64,000 nt of DNA from Chrysomallon squamiferum (taxonomy: Eukaryota; Animalia; Mollusca), in contig CM022675.1 in the NCBI GenBank assembly GCA_012295275.1, forward strand, positions 3,224,001-3,288,000, written 5' to 3'. Positions 47,236-64,000 of this stretch are shown here, piece by piece (positions within the stretch are counted from its first letter, which is position 1; every line of letters begins with the position of its first letter). Below the pieces are notes generated by a model. It was not told the origin of the DNA and searched no databases. It saw nothing but the letters and a program-made list of their open reading frames with translations. Made by a program: the position numbers and the translations under genes.

Positions 47236-49358
47236 CTAACACGTACACATTTCTAACATGTACGTATTTCTAGCATGTACGTATTTCTAGCATGTACATA
47301 TTTCTAGCATGTACATATTTCTAACATGTACATATTTCTAGCATGTACATATTTCTAACATATACGTATTTCTAGCATGTACATATTTCTAACATGTACA
47401 CATTTCTAACATGTACGTATTTCTAACAAGTACGTATTTCTAACATGTACATATTTCTAACATGTATGTATTTCTAACATGTACATATTTCTAACATGTA
47501 CGTATTTCTAACAAGTACGTATTTCTAACATGTACATATTTCTAACATGTACATATTTCTAACATGTACGTATTTCTAACATGTACATATTTCTAACACG
47601 TACATATTTATAACATGTACGTATTTCTAACATGTACGTATTTCTAACATGTACGTATTTCTAACATGTACACATTTCTAACATGCACGTATTTCTAACA
47701 TGTATGTATTTCTAACATGTACGTATTTCTAACATGTACGTATTTCTAACATGTACGTATTTCTAACATGTACACATTTCTAACATGTACACATTTCTAA
47801 CATGTATGTATTTCTAACATGTACATATTTCTAACATGTACGTATTTCTAACATGTACGTATTTCTAACATGTATGTATTTCTAAAATGTACACATTTCT
47901 AACATGTATGTATTTCTAACATGTACGTATTTCTAACATGTACGTATTTCTAACATGTACGTATTTCTAACATGTACACATTTCTAACATGTACGTATTT
48001 CTCACATGTACGTATTTCTAACATGTACGTATTTCTAACATGTACGTATTTCTAACATGTACGTATTTCTCACATGTACGTATTTCTAACATGTACACAT
48101 TTCTAACATGTACACATTTCTAACATGTATGTATTTCTAACATGTACATATTTCTAACATGTACGTATTTCTAACATGTACGTATTTCTAACATGTATGT
48201 ATTTCTAAAATGTACACATTTCTAACATGTATGTATTTCTAAAATGTACACATTTCTAACATGTATGTATTTCTAACATGTACGTATTTCTAACATGTAC
48301 ATATTTCTAACATGTACATATTTCTAACATGTACGTATTTCTAACATGTACGTATTTCTAACATGTACATATTTCTAACATGTACACATTTCTAACATGT
48401 ACATATTTCTAACATGTACGTATTTCTAACATAAACACATTTCTAACATGTACACATTTCTAACATGTACACATTTCTAACATGTACGTATTTCTAACAT
48501 GTACATATTTCTAACATGTACACATTTCTAACATGTACATATTTCTAACATGTACGTATTTCTAACATGTACATATTTCTAACATGTACACATTTCTAAC
48601 ACGTACATATTTCTAACATGTACGTATTTCTAACGTACATATTTCTAACATGTATGTATTTCTAACATGTACATATTTCTAACATGTATGTATTTCTAAC
48701 ATGTAAGTATTTCTAACGTACATATTTCTAACATGTACATATTTCTAACACGTACACATTTCTAACATGTACGTATTTCTAACATGTACGTATTTCTAAC
48801 ATGTACATATTTCTAACATGTACACATTTCTAACATGTACATATTTCTAACATGTACATATTTCTAACACGTACACATTTCTAACATGTAAGTATTTCTA
48901 ACATGTACGTATTTCTAACATGTACGTATTTCTAACATGTACATATTTCTAACATGTACATATTCTAACATGTACGTATTTCTAACATGCATGTATTTCT
49001 AACACGTACATATTTCTAACATGTACATATTTCTAACATGTACATATTTCTAACATGTACATATTCTAACATGTACGTATTTCTAACATGCATGTATTTC
49101 TACAATGTACATATTTCTAACATGCACATATTTCTAACACGTACGTATTTCTAACATGTACATATTTCTAACACGTACGTATTTCTAACACGTACGTATT
49201 TCTAACATGTACATATTTCTAACATGTACATATTTCTAACGTGTATATATTTTTAACATGTACATATTTCTAACGTGTACATATTTCTAACATGTACATA
49301 TTTCTAACATGAACACATTTCTAACATGTATGTATTTCTAACATGTATGTATTTCTAA
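47236..49358. repeat. 17-bp tandem satellite (TATTTCTAACATGTACG)n, roughly 125 copies
   Basis: Direct period-17 array. Most variants fall at the CG dinucleotide. Confidence 0.97.
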
Positions 49359-50366
49359 TTAGATGGTAGAATGTCTGTAGAAAATGGTCCACTGAAATTT
49401 ACAGTGGAAAGGTTCAAGCTAAAAAGCAGTGCAACAACTTGGTCAAAGTCTCTGCGACGCGAACCCGAGTGTTTTGATAACGCCAGATTAAAAGACTGTC
49501 TTGTAAAAAGTACAAACAAAACATCTGAGAGAGATCCCATACCAGCGTTTAAAAGTCTGAAAAGATATAAACATTTATCGGATTGATATATATAATTTGT
49601 TCACTGGAAACACATACATGCATAAATATTGTAAATGCACCCATGTCAAAATGAGGACCTATTTATGGGTCTCACTATAGTATGTATGTGTGTATACATA
49701 AATGCTGGTATCCAGCCTGTCATCTCCCACCTACAGCAATGGTAGCCTGTTTCTTTGTCTACACACACACACACACAGACACACATACACACACAGAGAC
49801 ACACACATACACATACACACCCACAGACACACACCCACACATATACAGACAGAAACACACACACACAGACAGACTGTACAACTGAAAAAACACCTCTGAA
49901 AACAATTCAAGTCCAGATCAGGGTGTAGCAGGTGCCCATCCCCCACAGATTACTACAAACATTTGCCATAACTTGTTTGTTCAGCAAGTCTTTGTAGTGA
50001 CGTCATTTACAGTCAGAGTATTTACTTTGTTGCAGACACATCTCTGACTGAACACTGACAACATGGCCACATAGTGTGTTCAACAAACAAAACATACAGT
50101 AACATGATTAATTAAATCTTTTGTTTATGAAGGAAATGTGAGGAACTTATTTCCTTATAGGTTAAAACCACTCACTTGTGTAATTACAGTTATTGTTAGG
50201 TGTTATTAGTACTAATACACACAAGTATCCAGGAATTACCCAGCAACGGCACATGCGCAGTGAAATGTGAAATACCTCTGTTCAGTAAATTTATCAGTAT
50301 ATAAATGACTAAACATAACCAAAACTAAACATACACAAATATACATATATCTGTCTCTGCCTGTTT

Positions 50367-50490
<124 letters not shown>

Positions 50491-50704
50491 GAGTTTATCT
50501 AAAACATGTTTTATTTTTATCACACAGATACACTACACTGTCCTATAACTGAGTAAACAAGGGAAGGAAAAAGCTGATACGATCCTAACAACAATCTTTT
50601 ACTCTTTTAATCTTTTAATCTTTTAATCTTTTACTTGTTATCTTCTTCAGGGTCAGGTCCAAGTTATTTATACATAGTAGTTTAAACGTCTCGAAAAATC
50701 CGCT

Positions 50705-57273
<6,569 letters not shown>

Positions 57274-57778
57274 AATTTATAAAATAATTTTTTGAATTCT
57301 TAGAAATCACAGCAATGTATAAAATGACATCGACCAATTCTCTTCACTCTACTAATTCCACATCAAATAACAAAACAAATCAATAAAATATTTGATGCAG
57401 CTTATTTCAAATTTAATAGTTGGTAAATGTATATCCTCTCTATGCCTTTCTCCTGCAAGAAATTATTTCCATTGTTTATCCTCAGAAAGTAATATCATTT
57501 GTGGTATTGATTAAAAAATATTTCAGTTTTATTTTATACTAAAATTATATTTTAACTATTTTACCTGTTGATGTAATACTTTGTTCACTTATATACTATG
57601 TTAGACCTTCACACACTATTATGTTAATTTATTTTTTATTTTTATATATTATTCTTATTATTTATATCTTATTGAGAAATTATATTAAACTGTATGAAAA
57701 CAATAAAATTTAAGAATAATATACCTTTCTCTCTTTTTTAATTAAAAAGAAAAAAGTGTATATAAAAAAAGTGTCTAT

Positions 57779-57889
<111 letters not shown>

Positions 57890-58566
57890 CCCTTTCTGGC
57901 TCAAAACCTAAAACAGATAAATTCAATTTTCATAATTTATTCCACACGTAAACATATTCTTAAAATTCGTAAACAGAAAACGCTAATTTGTAAACAGAAA
58001 ACACTAATTTGTATATAGTCAAATGAGGAATACAGGAAAGAGGCAAACAACAGTTACAGAGAGAAACAATGTATATGTGTGTGCATACTTGTATGTGTAC
58101 ATGCATGTATGAGTGTATGTATGTGCGTGTGTCCTTGTTTGTGAATGCTAGAACACGTATTGTTTGTAAATAATGTGTGCGTGTGTGCGTGTCTGCATAG
58201 ATATAATTTATTGAATAACAATTAAAACTGATATTTTGTACCTATGGTGAACAGTCCCCCGGTAATCCATTTTCAAGTACAAATTACCGTATTAGCCACT
58301 ACGAGGTGGGGGTGTCATCACTCACCAGGTGACTCCGTGTCGCTGCATTTTAGGTACAATTTATTAAAACAATGGTGAGGAATCATCTCAAATTTACTTT
58401 GAATTCAAACAGTGTAAGACACATAGCAAATAAGAAAATAATTATTTTACTATTTCTACTTTTACTAGTCTTATTATTACAGAGAGAGAGTGTGTGAGAG
58501 AGAGAGAGAGAGAGAGAGGTAGAGAGATAGACAGATAGAGAGACAGAGAGCGAGATAGAGAGAGAA

Positions 58567-58659
<93 letters not shown>

Positions 58660-58729
58660 GCTGTACGTCTGGTATTAACATCGGTGTATATACTGTTATA
58701 AGCAAACACTTTATCTGTATGTACGTATC

Positions 58730-61700
58730 ATCCTGCATCTGTATCTTCCCTTGTATGTGTTTATCAGTCTTTATAAATCCATATCTATCATTATATGTAG
58801 GTGTGTGTTAATCTATATCTGATTCTATCGTTATCTTTAGGGTGTATTAACCTGTATCTCTATCTGCCGATATCTTTAGATGTGTATTAATATGTATCTG
58901 TTTCTGTCTTTATCTTTAGGTCTGTATTAATCTATATCTGTATCTGTATCTATCGTTATCTTTATGTGTTTGTCAATCTATACCTGTGTCCATCATTTTC
59001 TTTAGGTGTTTATTAATCTATATATCTATCTGTCCTGATCCATAGATGTTTATTTATCTTAAATCTCTATATATCGTTATGTGTAGGTGTGTATTAATCT
59101 GGATAGTTTTTGTATCGTGATCCATACATGTATATATTCTTTTCTACAGGTGTGTATGATCTACATCTGCATATATCGTTATCTATAGGTGTATATTAAT
59201 CTATGAATGTTTCAGTCGTTATCTGTTTGTGAATATTAGTCTATATCTGATTCCGTAGTTATTTTTTTTGTGTATTAATCTATACCTGTCTATCCTTATC
59301 TATATGTGTATGTTAATCTTTGTCTATAGGTATGTATTAATTTTTATTTTTATATATCGTTATCTATTGTTTATCTATGTGTATTGGTCTACATCTGTTA
59401 TCTATACCTGTGTCTACATTTATCTTTACGTCTGTATTAATCTATATCTGGATATATTGTTAGCTACATGTGTATTAATCAATATGTGTATGTATCGTTA
59501 TCTGTAAATATATTAATATCTGCATTTATCGTAATCTATTGGTGTCTATTAATCTCTATCTGTAGATGTGTATCATTAAGTATCATTATTTTTATGTGTG
59601 TAATAATCTATATTTGTATGTATCGTTATTTTTAGGTTTGTATTAATCAATATTTGTATCTATCGTTATTTTTAGGTTTGTATTAATCAATATTTGTATC
59701 TATCGTTATTTTTAGGTTTGTATTAATCAATATTTGTATCTATCGTTATTTTTAGGTTTGTATTAATCAATATTTGTATCTATCGTTATTTTTAGGTTTG
59801 TATTAATCAATATTTGTATCTATCGCTATTTTCAGGTGTGTATTAATCAATATCTGTATCTATCACTATTTTCAGGTGTGTATTAATATATATCTGTATC
59901 TATCGTTATCTAAAGGTGGGTTTCACTCTTCTTATGTATTAATCTAATCTCTATTAATATATGTAGATGTGTATACTGTCGATATCCCTAGGGGTGTATC
60001 GGTCTACATCTGTATCTATCGTTATCTGTAATAGTGTATTAGTCTACATCTGTATCTATCGTTATCTGTAATAGTGTATTAGTCTACATCTGTGTCTATC
60101 GGTATCTGTAATAGTGTATTAGTCTACATCTGTATCTATCGTTATCTGTAATAGTGTATTAGTCTACATCTGTGTCTATCGGTATCTGCAATAGTGTATT
60201 AGTCTACATCTGTATCTATCGTTATCTGTAATAGTGTATTAGTCTACATCTGTGTATATCGGTATCTGTAATAGTGTATTAGTCTACATCTGTGTCTATC
60301 GGTATCTGTAATAGTGTATTAGTCTACATCTGTGTCTATCGTTATCTGTAATAGTGTATTAGTCTACATCTGTGTCTATCGGTATCTGTAATAGTGTATT
60401 AGTCTACATCTGTGTCTATCGTTATCTGTAATAGTGTATTAGTCTACATCTGTGTCTATCGTTATCTGTAATAGTGTATTAGTCTACATCTGTGTCTATC
60501 GGTATCTGAAATAGTGTATTAGTCTACATCTGTATCTATCGTTATCTGAAATAGTGTATTAGTCTACATCTGTATCTATCGTTATCTGTAATAGTGTATT
60601 AGTCTACATCTGTGTCTATCGGTATCTGTAATAGTGTATTAGTCTACATCTGTATCTATCGTTATCTGAAATAGTGTATTAGTCTACATCTGTATCTATC
60701 GTTATCTGAAATAGTGTATTAGTCTACATCTGTGTCTATCGGTATCTGTAACTGTGTATTAGTCTACATCTGTGTCTATCGGTATCTGTAACTGTGTATT
60801 AGTCTACATCTGTGTCTATCGGTATGTGTAACTGTATATTAGTCTGCATCTGTGTCTATCGGTATGTGTAGTTGTATCTTTAATTCTATATCTCTCTTTT
60901 TCGTTATAGACAGGTGAGTGTTTTAATCTATAAGTGCATGTATCCTTATCTGTAGGTGTGTATTAATCTATGTCTCTATCTATTGTTTAGGTGCCTATTA
61001 ATCTATATCTCTCCCTATCTCTATGTATTAATCTTTATCTGTATCTCTCCTTATCTTCAGGTGTGTTGTATTAATCGATATCTGTATCTATTGTTATTCT
61101 TAGTGTGTATCTATCTTTGTCTACAGGTATGTATTAATCTGTACCTCTATCTATCGTTATCAACAGGTGTGTATTAATCTATATCTGTATCTATCTTTAT
61201 CTACAGGTGTTTGTTTATCTATATCGTAACTATCGTTATCAACAGGTATGTATTAATCTATTCTGTATCTCTTTTTTTATCCTCAGGTGTGTATTAATTT
61301 ACATCTGTATCTATCGTTTTCTATTAGTCAGTTTTAATCTGTATCTGAATCTCCCGTTATCTTTAGTTGTCTATTAATCTATATCTGTATCTGTTTTATC
61401 TACAGGTGTGCATTAATCTATATCTATGTCTATCTTTGTCTTTAGGGTGTATTAATCTATATCTCTATCTATCGTCAGTTTTAGGTTTGTATTAATCTTT
61501 ATGTGTATCTATCTTTATCTGTTTTAGGTTTCTTAATTAATCTATTATCGTGATCTGTAGTTCTATCTTTATCTGTATATGTCCTTATCTACAGATGTGT
61601 ATTAATCTATATATCTTTATTTCATTATCTATTGGTGCCTTCTGATCTATAACTGTATCTATCGTTATCTTTATCTATGTCTGTATGTCTTTTTCCCTAT

Positions 61701-64000
61701 AGGTTTGTATTAACTATGTCTGTACGTATCAATATTTTTAGGTGTGTATTTATCGATATCTGCATCTATTTTAATCTTGAGGTATGTAGTAATCTATATC
61801 TGTATCTATATTTATCTTTATATGTGTATTAATCTGTATCTATTGATATCTATAGGTGTGTATTAACCTCTATATCTGTACCGATCATTATCTTTAGGTG
61901 TGTTTTGATCTTCATCTGTGTCTATCGTTATCTTTAAATGTGTATTAACCTATATCTATATATATCGGTATCTGTAGGTGTGAATTAAACTTCATCTGTA
62001 CGTGTCTTTATCTATAGTTGTGTTTTAATATCTGTATATGTGATTATCTATAGGCGTTTATTAATCCATGTCTCTCTCTCTGTCGTTATCTTTATCTGTG
62101 TCTGTATCTTTTATCATGTACAGGTGTGTATATCTGTTTGTGTCCTGATCTATAGGTGTTTATCTTAAATCTCTCTATATCGTTATGTGTAGATGTGTAT
62201 TAATCTGGATATTTTTTTTTTATCGTGATCCATATATGTATAATATAGGTGTGTATGATCTAGATCTGCATATGTCGTTATCTATAGGTGTATATTAATC
62301 TGTAACTGTTTCAGTCGTTATCAATTTGTGAATATTAGTCTATACCTGATTCCCTAGTTATCTTTAGGTGTGTATTAATCTATACCTGTGTCTATCCTTA
62401 TCTACAGGTATATGTTAATCTATGTCTGTATGTACCTTTGTCTTTAGGTATGTATTAATTTTTATCTTTATCTATTGTTGTGTATTGGTCTACATCTGTT
62501 TCGGTCGTTATCTATTGGTGTGTATTAATCTACACCTGTGTCTGTACTTATCTTTACGTGTGTATTAATCTATACCTGTGTCTGTACTTACCTTTACGTG
62601 TGTATTAAACTGTATCTGGACATATTGTTATCTACATGTGTATTAATCAATATGTGTATGTATCGTTATCTGTAAGTGTGTATTAATTAATATCTGCATT
62701 TATGCATCTATTGGTCTGTATTAATCTCTATCTGTATCTTTCGTTATTTTTGGATGTTTATCATTATCTATCGTTATTTTTATAATCTATATCTGTATAT
62801 ATCGTTATTTTTAGGTTTGTATCAATCTATATTTGTATCTATCGCTATTTTCAGGTGTGTATTAATCTATATTTGTAGCTATCGTTATCTAAAGGTGGTT
62901 TTCACTCTTCTTACGTATTAATCTAATATCTATTAATATCTGTAGATGTGTATACTATCGTTATCCCTAGGGTGTATCGGTCTATATCTGTATCTATCTT
63001 ATCTCAGGTGTGTATCAATGTATATCGTATCTATTGTTATGTGTAGTTGTATCTTTAAATCTATATCTCTCTTTTTCGTTATCTATATTTGAGTGTATTA
63101 ATCTATAATTGTATTTATTGTTATCTGTGTATAAGTCTATGAATGTGTCTTCGTTATCTGTAGTTGTGTACTGATCTGTAATGTGTATCAAGCCTAATTT
63201 GTAGGTTTGTATTGATCTACAATCTGTTTCTATCGTTATATGTATCAATCTGTATATGTGTCTTACTTATCTATAGGTGTTTATTAATATATAATCTACA
63301 AAGTTATGGTTTATCTGTTGCTGTGTACTAAACTAGAATGTGTATCAATGGTAATGTGTACGGTTGTGTTAATCTATAGTTTGTTTCTATCGTTAAATGT
63401 AGGTACCTAACCATCTATATATGTGTCTTACTTATCTATATACGTATGTATTAATCTGTATTTGTGACTACTATTACGTGTAGGCGTGTATTGAAGTATA
63501 TATCTGTCTATCTTTATCTGTAGGTGTGTTTCAACCTATTTGTCTTAGTTATCTATAGTGGTGAACTTTAAACTACATCTGAATTTATCGCTATCTGTAG
63601 GTGTGTGTTCATCTATAGATGTGTCTTTATTATCTGTAAATTTATACCAATCTGTGTATGTGTAGGTGCCTATTAGTCTCTATGTGTACGTTCGTTGTCT
63701 GTGAGTATCTATCAGTCTCTATAATGTATCTATCGTTATCTGTACTTGTGTATCATTCTGTTTGTTTGTGGTCGCTACCTGTAGCTGTGTATTAATCTAT
63801 ATCTGTAGGTGTTTATCAACCTGTGTCTGTACTGTAATGTGTACTTATTTATAAATCTGTATCTGTATCCATCTGTACGTCTGTATCATTCTATATATTC
63901 TTCGCTCTCTGTACATATATCTCAATCTGTACCTTATATATTGCTATCTGTAAGTGTTTGTCAGTCTATATCTGTTTCTATCATTATGTGTAGCTTTTTT
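58730..64000. repeat. Degenerate ~40-bp tandem satellite (TCTGTATCTATCGTTATCTNTAGGTGTGTATTAATCTATA-like) with homogenised sub-arrays
   Basis: Near-perfect 40-bp sub-arrays at ~59610-59900 and ~60000-60860 within a diverged array that runs to the window end. Confidence 0.92.

Noticed and set aside
47236-49358. Regular short repeats resembling a CRISPR array (also 60000-60860)
   Set aside because: Units are contiguous with no unique spacers, there are no cas genes, and the context is eukaryotic.

Overview
This is AT-rich, microsatellite-rich eukaryotic DNA, probably from an invertebrate (a mollusc is my inference). The ORF track is mostly low-complexity noise because the real genes are spliced. 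Reading GT-AG exons by hand shows a tandem cluster of seven paralogs (labelled A-G) of one type I transmembrane receptor family. The shared layout is: signal peptide, a C-type-lectin-like domain (CTLD1) with a whole WSC domain inserted into its long loop, a second CTLD, a Ser/Thr stalk built from phase-1 micro-exons, a transmembrane helix, and a tyrosine-rich tail. Two tail classes occur: a short tail with three Tyr motifs at ITAM-like spacing (A, D, E) and a long tail with many Tyr motifs (B, C, G). Orientation is A-> <-B C-> <-D E-> F-> [gap] G->, so short and long genes sit tail-to-tail in mirror-image pairs. C, E and G have open spliced frames; B, D and F are pseudogenes; A is cut by the window edge. 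The first ectodomain exon is almost identical between long-tail C and short-tail E while downstream exons diverge, which is the pattern of paired immune receptors. Also present: a full-length Buster-type hAT transposon nested in a Tc1 relic, a second Tc1 relic, a 5' fragment of SELENOO with a duplicated exon, a MITE, a 17-bp satellite, a ~40-bp satellite with higher-order duplication, and a 200-N gap.
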